The position numbers were made by a program, and so were the translations under genes. Source: Oscillospiraceae bacterium (GTDB lineage: Bacteria > Bacillota > Clostridia > Oscillospirales > Oscillospiraceae). From it: DNA of 64,000 bases. The notes under the pieces were generated by a model. That model was not told the DNA's origin. It was given only the letters and a program-made list of their open reading frames with translations, and searched no databases. The DNA is taken from the NCBI GenBank assembly GCA_963666535.1, contig OY762913.1, forward strand, positions 1,557,499 to 1,621,498, written 5' to 3'. Below are positions 1-9,433 of this stretch, in pieces (the first letter of the stretch is position 1; each line of letters begins with the position of its first letter).

Positions 1-318
1 CCGCTCCATCAGATTGAGCAACATCAGGCCGCCTTCCTGCTCGTCGTCGTTGTAGACGCAGAAGATGGAGCGGACGGTCGCTATCGCGGCCACGCTTTCG
101 CCCTGTGGCTGCTCGTCTTTGGTTGTGATGATCTGGTGAAGGATATACGGGGCCTTTTTGGTGGCCGCCTTGCTGTCCGGGAGGCGCATCTTATAAACCT
201 CGGCGGCTCTGTACTGCTGTGCCAAATCGCCTTTTTGCATACGGACAGGCATGATCAGGTCACAGGTCACCTCTTCGGTGACGGCTGCCAGTGCGTCAAG
301 TAATGCGTTTTTGGTCAT
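1..318 (-). CDS. Phage structural protein, head-tail connector or tail-completion class (5' part only, 3' end beyond window)
   Basis: ATG at 316-318 (minus) preceded by GGAGGG. Frame stays open to position 1 (MTKNALLDALAAVTEEV...). Next gene in the late operon after the head-completion genes. Absent from the ORF track because truncated. Confidence 0.5.
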   Translation of the reverse strand, partial: MTKNALLDALAAVTEEVTCDLIMPVRMQKGDLAQQYRAAEVYKMRLPDSKAATKKAPYILHQIITTKDEQPQGESVAAIATVRSIFCVYNDDEQEGGLMLLNLMER

Positions 319-321
319 CGT

Positions 322-897
322 TTACCCTCCCCATCCATTGAGGACGCGCGTGATCTCGTGCTCAATGCGCGCTTCGTAGGTTTTGCCGATCTCTTTGTCC
401 ATCTTGTCCACCGTTTCCTCATGCGCGTAGAACGCCTGCACGGCTGACGGCCCGAACAGCTCCTTGATCGGCGTTCGTTCCTTCGTTTCGCGCTCAAACA
501 CGCCGGTATGCGCTCCAACATGGGCGGTAAACGCATGGTCGAGAAGCTGCCGCGCACTGCCCCGAAGAACGCGCGTGGCAATGCGGCCGCTGGTATCAAT
601 CTTGGTATCGAAGTGAATCAGCGGGATCACATTGCCACGATATCCGAAGGTTACTTCGTAGGAGCCGCCGCTGTCTTTGACAACGGTGTTAATGTGCTTC
701 GTGCGGTTCTTGAGTTCGCCTTGCCCGATGGCGTATTCTTCCGAAACGATCTTCATGCCGACCGTCAGACCGTGCTGCGCCGACCTTTTGATCGCGCTGC
801 CGACAGCCTTGTAAACGCCGCCCGGTATGCCGGCCAGTAGCTTTGTCACGCGGTCAAGATGGTACTCGCCGACCTCGTCGAAGTATACGGTGCTCAT
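322..897 (-). CDS. Phage head-tail joining / minor structural protein
   Basis: 191-aa ORF tightly packed in the late operon (stop 4 nt before the next ATG, 4-nt overlap with the upstream gene). Class assigned from position only. Confidence 0.45.
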   Translation of the reverse strand: MSTVYFDEVGEYHLDRVTKLLAGIPGGVYKAVGSAIKRSAQHGLTVGMKIVSEEYAIGQGELKNRTKHINTVVKDSGGSYEVTFGYRGNVIPLIHFDTKIDTSGRIATRVLRGSARQLLDHAFTAHVGAHTGVFERETKERTPIKELFGPSAVQAFYAHEETVDKMDKEIGKTYEARIEHEITRVLNGWGG

Positions 898-1268
898 TCA
901 TCAATCGCCTCCAGCTCAACGCGCAGCATGCCGATCTTGCAGACAGAGGAGGCGACGTAGAATTCCCGAAAGAATCCGCCGCCGCCCTCCTCGTCGTTAA
1001 TTTTGATACGCTGGCCCTTCTCCGGAGTAACCCCGCCCAGGTCCGCCGCCGCGCAGTGAAGAACGGAGGATACAAGGTAAAGCCCCTGCGCGTGATCGGA
1101 AGCGGAAACGAGCTGCCGCCGGTCCTTCTCCTTGATGCCGGAGAGAATAACAGTAATATCCGTATAGGTGTTCCCGTCGTAAATAATGGTGCGGATGTCG
1201 GCAAACTCGTCCGCGTTCATGAATACGTTTTTGCTATCGGCCGCCACCATATCCCTGAACCCGCTCAT
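894..1268 (-). CDS. Phage head-completion / head-tail adaptor-like protein
   Basis: 124-aa ORF, ATGA-type overlaps on both sides, located between the capsid module and connector genes. Function by synteny. Confidence 0.4.
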   Translation of the reverse strand: MSGFRDMVAADSKNVFMNADEFADIRTIIYDGNTYTDITVILSGIKEKDRRQLVSASDHAQGLYLVSSVLHCAAADLGGVTPEKGQRIKINDEEGGGGFFREFYVASSVCKIGMLRVELEAIDE

Positions 1269-1765
1269 GTCTCAGGCACTTCCGGCGAAAGGTCGGGCGG
1301 ATCTTCGCCATCGCCAGCGCCAGCGTCATCCCCGTCCGCATCCTCGTCAACGCTTACCGGCACCGCCGCCAGCAGCTGCGCGATCTCGGTCTTGTTCTTC
1401 GCCCCGCTAACGTCAACGCCCATGTCCACCGCCAGCTTTTCCATTTCCGGGCGGGTCATCTTCATGAGGCCTTCGGGATCAAGGTGATTTTTGGGCGTCT
1501 CAGGCCCCTGAGAGCCGCCCTCACCATCGGGCGGGTTCTCGGTCGTCCTTCCGCCGCTCCCGCCTCCTTCTGGCGTTGCAACGGGCGTGGTAGGGGCTTC
1601 CAGCGAACTGTCGGCGGTGTACCTGGCAACGCCAAGCTTGACAAGCCTTTCGGCCTCCTCGTCGGCCAGTTCGATAGGCCCGTCTCTACTGGTAGTCGGC
1701 CGAACGCGCAGGGAACCTTCCGGCCTGTAGCCGTAAGCTCCACTCGTGATTTGTACTTTTCTCAT
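1265..1765 (-). CDS. Phage protein with HeH / Rho-N-terminal-like motif and low-complexity linker
   Basis: 166 aa. Gly/Pro/acidic linker followed by MTRPEMEKLAVDMGVDVSGAKNKTEIAQLLAAV (helix-extension-helix-like) and an acidic tail. Immediately downstream of the capsid gene. Confidence 0.5.
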   Translation of the reverse strand: MRKVQITSGAYGYRPEGSLRVRPTTSRDGPIELADEEAERLVKLGVARYTADSSLEAPTTPVATPEGGGSGGRTTENPPDGEGGSQGPETPKNHLDPEGLMKMTRPEMEKLAVDMGVDVSGAKNKTEIAQLLAAVPVSVDEDADGDDAGAGDGEDPPDLSPEVPET

Positions 1766-1788
1766 GTCCTACTCCTTTCCACGTTGAA

Positions 1789-2865
1789 TCAGGACACCAC
1801 GTTGGCGGCGTAGATGTACGGGCAGTAGTTGTTCGGTGCGGCCAGCGGACGAGTACCAAGACGCAGCTTGCGGAGGTCATGCGGCTGATCCAGAATGAAC
1901 TTTGGGACGCGAGCCGCAGCGTGCGTGGTAAAGTTTTCACTGCCATAGTCAATCTGGCTGATCTGGCCATACATCATGTGCCCACATCCGGGGGCAGTGA
2001 CCATCGCAGAAGTGGCAGGGAAATATTTCTGTTCGCTGTCATTGTCGTCCACGTAGGTCTCGTCGCAGCTGATCAGATTCAGCTTGAAGCCGCCGAAGTT
2101 CAGCGTACCCATATAGACCACACCGTCGTAGGGACTGAGCCCCTGCTCAATCTGGCCGATGATGATACCGCTGTTCTTGTCCAGGAGCTTCTGAACCTTT
2201 TCAAGATCGAGAACCGCGTCGGCCGCATCGGTGCCAAGCACAAGGTCCGCAGCACGCAGGCCTCTGCGTGAGAGCAGCCGGCACATAGCCTTAACGTCGC
2301 CGAAGAAATCCCCGTCGCTTGCGTTCCATTTCTTTGCAACGATGTATGCGTGATCGCTGGTGGTGTCATAGAACTGAACGTGCAGCTCATCGCCGACAGT
2401 CTTGGCGTCAACATACTCCTGCATGGTGCAGGCATTGTTGATCATGGTCTGCACAGCCATCCACTCCTCGCGGCGGCGAATGCGCAGATCCATGTCTGTC
2501 ATGTCCTGAAGCTGGAGCTGGGCGGCGCGCTGGGCGGCGGTCATGCCCGGATATAGAGCTTCGCCGAAGCCGCGCTTCTGCAGGTCGTCCAGAGTCAGAG
2601 AACGGGACGGCGCAATAAATGCGGGCTGATACTCGTGAATCGCATATCCGATGCGGTCCATGGGGATATCGCCGGCGCGGGGAGAAACGAAAGCGGCCAT
2701 CTTGCGGTCGCCCTTGCGGTATTCAGTGAGGACCTTGTCGGCGGCGAAAATGTCATTCGCGCCGGTGGGGAAATACCTGTCCTTGAAGAAGGACGGCTGG
2801 GGGACGATTTCCTCGGTGATCGCCAGCAGCATATAGGTATCAAAAAAATCAATGGTAGTTGCCAT
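1789..2865 (-). CDS. Major capsid protein, lambda gpE family
   Basis: 358 aa. N-terminus MATTIDFFDTYMLLAITEEIVPQPSFFKDRYFP... and overall length match the Phage_cap_E family as I recall it. Preceded by decoration and protease genes as in lambda. Confidence 0.85.
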   Translation of the reverse strand: MATTIDFFDTYMLLAITEEIVPQPSFFKDRYFPTGANDIFAADKVLTEYRKGDRKMAAFVSPRAGDIPMDRIGYAIHEYQPAFIAPSRSLTLDDLQKRGFGEALYPGMTAAQRAAQLQLQDMTDMDLRIRRREEWMAVQTMINNACTMQEYVDAKTVGDELHVQFYDTTSDHAYIVAKKWNASDGDFFGDVKAMCRLLSRRGLRAADLVLGTDAADAVLDLEKVQKLLDKNSGIIIGQIEQGLSPYDGVVYMGTLNFGGFKLNLISCDETYVDDNDSEQKYFPATSAMVTAPGCGHMMYGQISQIDYGSENFTTHAAARVPKFILDQPHDLRKLRLGTRPLAAPNNYCPYIYAANVVS

Positions 2866-2882
2866 TATTTAATACCCTCCAA

Positions 2883-3476
2883 TCAGTTTGCAGCGGAAGC
2901 AGCCTTGAAGACGATGCCGTATTCACGCAGCTGCTTCATGTCCGCTTCGGTCATAGTATAGCTTTCTGCCACCGTCACCTTATTGGGGTCAAAGCAACCG
3001 GCAGTGTATACGGCGGCATTTACATCAGCGGTCGTGCCGACTTCTGTGTCGTCGCAGAGAATACAATCCGCCGTTCCGGTGTCGGTCATGTTATAGAATG
3101 CTTCGACGTTGTTAGTGCCAGATGCGGGCGCGGAAGTGAACGTGATAACACCGGTGGACGCAACATAGGTATACGCCGTGGTAGCAGTACCGCCAATGGT
3201 AACCTTGGTAAGCGTCGCAGGCTTATCCGTCACGGTGAAGTCATCCGTTGTTCCATCCCCGGAAAATTTCTGGGATTTCTGGTAAGCTTCAGCAGTACCT
3301 AGCACGAAAAGCTTCCCAGTGGTTGCTCCCTTTGCCATTACCGTGCCGCGCGCAAGAATCGCGGCGGTTTCAAGCCGATCAATTGTGCCGCCCCTAACCT
3401 GAACAGGTGGCGTGGTATCAGTGAGCAGACCGTCATAGTCCATCTCGCCGACCTTCCGATAGAGATTGGTAGACAT
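2883..3476 (-). CDS. Head decoration protein (gpD-like)
   Basis: 197 aa, directly upstream of the gpE-type capsid gene. Segment RGTVMAKGATTGKLFVLG is typical of decoration proteins. Confidence 0.65.
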   Translation of the reverse strand: MSTNLYRKVGEMDYDGLLTDTTPPVQVRGGTIDRLETAAILARGTVMAKGATTGKLFVLGTAEAYQKSQKFSGDGTTDDFTVTDKPATLTKVTIGGTATTAYTYVASTGVITFTSAPASGTNNVEAFYNMTDTGTADCILCDDTEVGTTADVNAAVYTAGCFDPNKVTVAESYTMTEADMKQLREYGIVFKAASAAN

Positions 3477-4744
3477 TATTTGCCCTCCTTCTTCTTGCCG
3501 AGCAGGTCAGCGACCTCAGCCCGTGCGTTCGTCATACGCTGGTTCGGGGTCATATCCTTGTCATCGACCTCGGTTTCGGCGCCAGGCGCGGCCGGAACTT
3601 TCTGCGCGCCGGAAGCCTGATTGTCTGCCGCCATGTCCTTCAGGAACTGAGATCCCTGCTTTGCGGCTTTCTGAGCCGCGCGGTAAGTCATCTCCTGGGC
3701 GGTGCAGGGATGTTCGCCGTACTTTGCCTCATGTACGGCCTCATCGTCGAACAGTCCGGCGATCGCGTCGATATCGGCGATGCGCTGGCGCTCTGCCTCA
3801 ACCGCGGCAGTGTTGGTGCTGGTGGCCTCTGCGGATGCGGCGGCCTGAGCCTCGGCCATCAGCTGGGTAGCAAGCTCCGGGTTTTCGGCCCGCAGCTCTT
3901 CAAGGGTTTTTGCCATGGTGTTTCCTCCTTCATGACCGCCGGTCTGAGCCGGCTGATTTATATTTGTCTTAACCGGAGCTGCGGCCCCGGATTCGACCGT
4001 AGGAATGTTGTCCGGCACAAACATGCCGGGCGTTAGGTGCATCTCGCGTCCACGAACAAACAGGCTTCGCCCGTCTGCACTGGCTGCGATATTCAGAGGC
4101 TCAGCATCCTCCATGAGCTCGTTGGCGAAGCCTTTCTCAACGGCTTCCTTTCCGGTCATGTAGGTTGTCTCTGCCATCATGTGGGCAATAACGGTCTCCG
4201 AGAGGCCGCACTTCCGCTTATAGATTGCAACCTGGGATTTGTCCCAGGCGTCGTTTGAATTTGCCATTTGCCGTAGCTCGTCAGCGTTATATCCACCCCA
4301 GACGATACACCAGCATTTGTGGATCATAACCAGGCTGGACGGATTGACGCGCACCGTGTCACAAGCGCACATGATGAGAGAGCCGCCGGACATGGCCACG
4401 CCGTCCACGATACAGATAAGCTCCGTACCATTCGCCGCCAGTTCACGAAGCCGGTTGTGGATCAGGATGGACACACCGGCATCTCCGCCAAGACTGTCCA
4501 TACGGATCGTCAACTTCTTGCACCCTGCGACGGCATTCAGGTCCTCGAGGAATTCGCTCTCTATGATGTACTGCCCCTCAACAGGCTCGTCAGTCCACCA
4601 GTCCCTCGGCTGCTCTTCAACGATGTCGCCGTACATAGTAATCTCGGCGCTGTCGCCGTTCACCGATGCCATCGTGTAAAAATCTCGCTTGATATTGACG
4701 GCGGCCGGTTTCTTGCCGAACGCCCTTTTCATCGGAATGCTCAT
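3476..4744 (-). CDS. Head maturation protease, ClpP/S49-like, with C-terminal scaffold-like Ala/Glu-rich region
   Basis: 422 aa. IRMDSLGGDAGVSILIHNRLREL...VDGVAMSGGSLIMCACD is a ClpP-type serine protease core. Sits between the portal and decoration genes. Confidence 0.8.
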   Translation of the reverse strand: MSIPMKRAFGKKPAAVNIKRDFYTMASVNGDSAEITMYGDIVEEQPRDWWTDEPVEGQYIIESEFLEDLNAVAGCKKLTIRMDSLGGDAGVSILIHNRLRELAANGTELICIVDGVAMSGGSLIMCACDTVRVNPSSLVMIHKCWCIVWGGYNADELRQMANSNDAWDKSQVAIYKRKCGLSETVIAHMMAETTYMTGKEAVEKGFANELMEDAEPLNIAASADGRSLFVRGREMHLTPGMFVPDNIPTVESGAAAPVKTNINQPAQTGGHEGGNTMAKTLEELRAENPELATQLMAEAQAAASAEATSTNTAAVEAERQRIADIDAIAGLFDDEAVHEAKYGEHPCTAQEMTYRAAQKAAKQGSQFLKDMAADNQASGAQKVPAAPGAETEVDDKDMTPNQRMTNARAEVADLLGKKKEGK

Positions 4745-6363
4745 TCTTTTTTGCCTCCTCCTTCATCATCGTCGTCGGACGGATCGCCGTTTGAGGCGGA
4801 GAATGCGCCGCCTCCAGCCTCCTTGATCTTTTCATTTTCGAGCTTCGATTGCTCGATGTTATCCTCCCAGTCCCCGCCGCCTAGCTCACGAGTGATCTGC
4901 TCATAAGTTTTAATGCCGCGATCTGCCATCAGAATGGCGGCTTCGACCTCTTTCTTTGGGTCAAGCTGCCCCTGTACCGGGCCGATCCAGCGAGCGCCGC
5001 ACCACGCCTCGCGCAGGCGCGGATCATCGAAGAACCCGGGAGCTTTGATCCGTCCGCGAGCCACAGCCTCGGAAAGAAACAGCTCGTAGACTGGCTGGCA
5101 GAAATCATCAACGAACCAGACACGCCGCATCTTGAACGCTTCCCACGCCTCAAGCAGAGCACCGCGGGAGGCGGAGTAGCTGGAATTAAACTCCTTGATC
5201 AGAACATCATAGGGCAGCTCCAGGGCCGAACCCACAAGCTGACAGATTCGCTTGACGAAGGTATCAAATCCGGCTGTCGGAATATTTGGGTTTCCAAATT
5301 TAATCGTTTCGCCGTCTTCCAGGTGCGTAACCGTACCTGGCCCCATTCCGTATTCGTTGGCGCTCAAAGAACGGTTATCGTCCTCCGGGTCCTCGCTTGG
5401 GACGCCCCCAATATCTCCAGCGCCAACTTCGTTCGTTGGGATCTCCGTGGTGTCTGTCTTTGTCTCGATCCATGCCGTGAAAAAGCTCTGGATAAGTGCT
5501 GCCATCAGCTCGCTTTCCGTATATCGGCGCAGCTGCAGCAGTGGCTCTATGACCTGGGCAAGATACGGAACGCCGCGGTACTGATCCGGACGCTCGCTGT
5601 CCATGACCTGAAGGATATTCGGAATCCCGGTCAGCGTTCCATATGCCTCGACCCGCTCCCATTTTGTCTGCTCCGACGCGTACTGGTACGGGTAAGTGTT
5701 GCGCACATAGTAGGCAACAATGCGACCGTTAACATCGACTTCCACGCCGTCGTGAATTTTGTGCCCGCCCCCCGGCTCTCCGTCCGGGACGGTTCCTTCT
5801 GTCAATCCGGAAACAGCAGCTCCGCCGACATAATCCGCCGGCGTGCTGATGCGGTCAGCCTCTACCATATGGATGCGAAGAGAATACGGATTGAGCGGTG
5901 TCGGTTCGTATCGTTTTACGACTGCGAACACGTCCCCACTCATAAGCCAGGATTTTATGGCGAGTTGCTGCATTCCGAAAAAGTTGTTAACGGCCAGCGC
6001 ATCGCAGTTTTGTTTTTTCCCGGCCCATAATCTGAACTCCGCTTCGGTTGTTTTCTGCCACGTCTTAGCCGCCTCCGGGGACACGCTGAGAATGTCTCGG
6101 TCAATGCTGCTTTTTAACGTTAGGCCGGTACCTACGACTTTAGTACGGTTGGTGTTGATCGCGCTCGTTGCCACGGGCGAAGCCATATACAGCATCCGGG
6201 ATCGCTGCCGAAGTGTGCTGTTATTGCGATTGATATCTTCATTCGGCGATCCGCTGCTGGGGATAAACCCCTTGAGCGCCCGTCTGGTGATACTCGCTCC
6301 GGCTTCACTGTATCCCTTAGCCTGCGGTGAGCCGCCGCTGCGTCTGGACCTCTTCTTGCTCAA
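4741..6363 (-). CDS. Portal protein, lambda family
   Basis: 540 aa, positioned between gpW/terminase and the protease. Size and sequence character fit lambda gpB-type portals. Confidence 0.85.
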   Translation of the reverse strand: MSKKRSRRSGGSPQAKGYSEAGASITRRALKGFIPSSGSPNEDINRNNSTLRQRSRMLYMASPVATSAINTNRTKVVGTGLTLKSSIDRDILSVSPEAAKTWQKTTEAEFRLWAGKKQNCDALAVNNFFGMQQLAIKSWLMSGDVFAVVKRYEPTPLNPYSLRIHMVEADRISTPADYVGGAAVSGLTEGTVPDGEPGGGHKIHDGVEVDVNGRIVAYYVRNTYPYQYASEQTKWERVEAYGTLTGIPNILQVMDSERPDQYRGVPYLAQVIEPLLQLRRYTESELMAALIQSFFTAWIETKTDTTEIPTNEVGAGDIGGVPSEDPEDDNRSLSANEYGMGPGTVTHLEDGETIKFGNPNIPTAGFDTFVKRICQLVGSALELPYDVLIKEFNSSYSASRGALLEAWEAFKMRRVWFVDDFCQPVYELFLSEAVARGRIKAPGFFDDPRLREAWCGARWIGPVQGQLDPKKEVEAAILMADRGIKTYEQITRELGGGDWEDNIEQSKLENEKIKEAGGGAFSASNGDPSDDDDEGGGKKE

Positions 6364-6474
6364 CGTTCATCGCCTCCTGTTTGTGAAATATAAACGGACC
6401 GCCCGGCGGCGAAAGGAGCAACAAACTCCGCCGGGTGGTCCGTGGTAAAAGCCCTCTCAGGCGTATACCCATGA

Positions 6475-6732
6475 TTACCAGTCTCTTGGCACAATGCCGA
6501 ATGCCTTGCGCGGCCGCTTTCCTGCGAGCGCCGCGGTCAGCTCGTCGACCTTTGCCTCGGCCGCCGTGATCTCGTCCGTGAGGTCCGGGATGTCAAATCG
6601 GGTGAGTTGCCGGTCGTCGATGGTGTAGCTCTTCACGCCGCCGCTCACCAGAGCGAGATATGCGGTGCGGAGCTTTTCGAGCGCAGATTGCCAGAACGCC
6701 AGCCGCGCCTTGATCTCAGTTGTGCTTGCCAT
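6475..6732 (-). CDS. Head-tail joining protein gpW-like
   Basis: 85 aa between the GpA terminase and the portal. Ends ...RPRKAFGIVPRDW like gpW-family proteins. Confidence 0.65.
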   Translation of the reverse strand: MASTTEIKARLAFWQSALEKLRTAYLALVSGGVKSYTIDDRQLTRFDIPDLTDEITAAEAKVDELTAALAGKRPRKAFGIVPRDW

Positions 6733-6744
6733 ATGATTTCCTCC

Positions 6745-8673
6745 TTACCAATCGTCATAATACCGGCTTGCCCGGGAGTTTTGCTTCTGGGCGCGTTTTT
6801 GCTTTACCGCAGGAACCGTTGCAACGACTGTCTTTGTCTGTTCACCACGGGCCATCTGCAGTCGCCTGTCTGCTGCGTCAAGATCTGGAGAGAGTGCCTT
6901 GAACGCCGCCATCGCATAGTTGCGGCAGTCAAGAGGCTCGTTCCGCTCGTGACCGGGTATCTTCTCCCATTGCCACGGGTTCTTTCGATCTGTCTTATAT
7001 ACCAGCCGTTCAGAGAGTAAACCGGAAAAATATGTGCCGCCATAATCGTCCCGCCTTGGGAAATGGCAGTATTTTGATCCAGGGGCCTGTACCCGCAGAT
7101 TGTCCATGATGAGCTGCTTGCCAGCATCGACACCTATGGCGTATTGCCAACAAGTGCCTATGGCTTTCCCGTTCACAACTATTTTTTGCTTCTTCGGTGG
7201 GGCCGTATAAGGCACGCCGTCTCCGCCGTTGCTGCCCTTGATGCAGAAGACCTTTCTGCTGAACCGCTCCCGGCAGCGCATACGCACGTCCTGCGTGAAG
7301 TGTCCGCCTTCATCCACAAAAGTAATTGACGGGCGGAGCGTGATCCCATCTGCATAGTTGTATTCGTGGTTGACAACGTCGTCTAATGCTTCCCACACTT
7401 CACTGCTGTCCGGGCGACCCATGATGATCCCTTTCTTAACGCCCCAGGTCTCACCAAAATGTCCGTGTCCGACAATCTCATATTCAAGCCGGTCGTCCTG
7501 CGTATCCACGCCGGCGGTGAGAACCAGGACGCCATCCGGAAGCTCGGCTGAGTATTCCTCCCGGCGAGCCATCAGGCTGTCCTCGTCTTCCAGATCGCCG
7601 CGGTCCTCCCACAGTTCACCAAAGCGCGTATTGTAAACGACCTGCATTTTTGCTGAGCTGCCGATGGCGTAAAGATACTCCAGAATGGTTGATTCCCAGG
7701 ACGCCCAGGGACTAATAAAGGAGTTGAGCCAAAAAGAACGGACGCCCCGTTCGTAGGCGTCCGGATTTTCCGCGATCCATTTGGCGGGTTGCTTTTTCAT
7801 TGTCCGTTCTTCGGATACGCAGGCACATTCCGGGCAGACATACCAGATCTCAGTTACCTTGTATTGCTTCTTGTGGTTAATGATTTTCTCTTCTTTTTCA
7901 AACCGAATATCAGCGAAGCGAATATCATGGTAACCGCCGCAATGCGGACACTGGACACACCAGCGCTCCATCGTGCCTTCGGCGAATGAATCTTCAATGG
8001 CGCTGGCGCCTTTGATGGTAGGCGTCGACACTTCCACAGCTTTCGCGTTATAAAACGTGATCTGCCGGGCCATGGCCAGCTTCCACGGGTCGCCCTCCTT
8101 GCCGGCCGACATGGCCCAGCGGTCCCGCTCGTCGCCGATTACATAACGGATCGGCTTGGATGCCAGAGAGTGGGCCTCGGTGGAGCCGCACATCGTGAGG
8201 ATGCCGCCGGGATATGTTTTCTGAAGAATGGTATTGTTGCTGTCCCTGCTCTTTGGATTGGCGACCCTTCTGCGGAGCGTAGGGCAGTCCCGAATCATCG
8301 GCGCGATGCGGAGCTTTGAATACTCCTTGGCGTCGATGGTTGTAGGATGCACAAAGAGAATGCTGCTCGGGTCCTCGTCGATGATGTAACCAATGATGTT
8401 GTTCTCAAATTCAGACTTGCCGATCTGAGAAGAGGAAACAAGGATGATGCGCCGTACCCTCGGATCAGTGAACGCATCCAGCGGATCGCGCAGGTACGGC
8501 GTTCGGTCGACTCTCCACGGCCCGGTTTCGGCGCTGCTCTCGGTGGACAAGCGGCGGTTATCCTCCGCCCATTCGGTAACGGTCAAATCTTCAGGGGGCT
8601 TCATTCCGGCCAGAGCTTTTGCAATCGCGATATTCAGCCGAAGGGCGTCGTTGTTACTCGTCATCCTCGTCAC
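6745..8673 (-). CDS. Terminase large subunit, GpA family
   Basis: 642 aa. Walker-like SSSQIGKSE, Zn-ribbon CVQCPHCGGYH...CPECACV, and lambda gpA-like length and order. Confidence 0.9.
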   Translation of the reverse strand: MTRMTSNNDALRLNIAIAKALAGMKPPEDLTVTEWAEDNRRLSTESSAETGPWRVDRTPYLRDPLDAFTDPRVRRIILVSSSQIGKSEFENNIIGYIIDEDPSSILFVHPTTIDAKEYSKLRIAPMIRDCPTLRRRVANPKSRDSNNTILQKTYPGGILTMCGSTEAHSLASKPIRYVIGDERDRWAMSAGKEGDPWKLAMARQITFYNAKAVEVSTPTIKGASAIEDSFAEGTMERWCVQCPHCGGYHDIRFADIRFEKEEKIINHKKQYKVTEIWYVCPECACVSEERTMKKQPAKWIAENPDAYERGVRSFWLNSFISPWASWESTILEYLYAIGSSAKMQVVYNTRFGELWEDRGDLEDEDSLMARREEYSAELPDGVLVLTAGVDTQDDRLEYEIVGHGHFGETWGVKKGIIMGRPDSSEVWEALDDVVNHEYNYADGITLRPSITFVDEGGHFTQDVRMRCRERFSRKVFCIKGSNGGDGVPYTAPPKKQKIVVNGKAIGTCWQYAIGVDAGKQLIMDNLRVQAPGSKYCHFPRRDDYGGTYFSGLLSERLVYKTDRKNPWQWEKIPGHERNEPLDCRNYAMAAFKALSPDLDAADRRLQMARGEQTKTVVATVPAVKQKRAQKQNSRASRYYDDW

Positions 8674-9247
8674 GCCCGTTCATTACATCCCAGTTCTGCC
8701 GCTCCCGGACGCGCTCCTCGTACTTTTTAGGATCATAGCGATAATTGGCCAGCTCCGCCATAATCTTGAAAACCTCTTTGCGGATGACGTCGGCTGCTTC
8801 TGCAGGACTGGAAATGTTGGATACGTCGACGGCCAGGCGGCCGGGCAGCGCGATCAGCATTCCACGGACGGAATAGATTAAATCTTCGGTCATGGAGGCG
8901 ACGTCCTCGCTGCGGTGCATCTTGCCCTGCAGCTCCTTGACTTCCAGCTCGGCAATATCCGCCTTGGCCTGTTTCAGTCTGACCTCGGCGCCAAGCTTGC
9001 TGCTCTCCGCTTCCGTGTTACCCTTATCCTCACGCCCCGACGCCTTGCTCCGTAGGTAATTGCAATAAGCTCTGGTGGCTTCGACCACATTGTAGCGCTG
9101 CCCGGCTTTCGTCTGGTGTTTCCGTAGCACGCCGTCGCGGGTAAGCTGACCTACCCATTGACTTGTTATGTCAAAAAGGTTTGCTAATACTGCCGTTTTA
9201 CAGTATCCAGGCTCTTCCTGAACCGGTTCCTTTTTCGGCGTAGCCAT
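8654..9247 (-). CDS. Terminase small subunit (Nu1-like HTH)
   Basis: ORF track gives 8654..9283. I prefer the ATG at 9247 (MATPKKEP...), 11 nt after GGAAGGAAG. N-terminal HTH-like LANLFDITSQWVGQLTRDGVL. 20-nt overlap with the large subunit. Confidence 0.6.
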   Translation of the reverse strand: MATPKKEPVQEEPGYCKTAVLANLFDITSQWVGQLTRDGVLRKHQTKAGQRYNVVEATRAYCNYLRSKASGREDKGNTEAESSKLGAEVRLKQAKADIAELEVKELQGKMHRSEDVASMTEDLIYSVRGMLIALPGRLAVDVSNISSPAEAADVIRKEVFKIMAELANYRYDPKKYEERVRERQNWDVMNGRDEDDE

Positions 9248-9433
9248 AGAAAATCGCTTCCTTCCTGCGTGGATATCAGACAAATATCAGTTGCCTTCGC
9301 GGCCGTTCCGCTTTACTTTTTCCTCAATTTTTGGGGGAATTTATGCCCCGACAAGTAAAGTCCGGGAAAAAAATTTTCCGGAAACTGCGCGAGAATCGGG
9401 GTCGACGAGCCCGCACGCCTTGGGTACCCCCCG

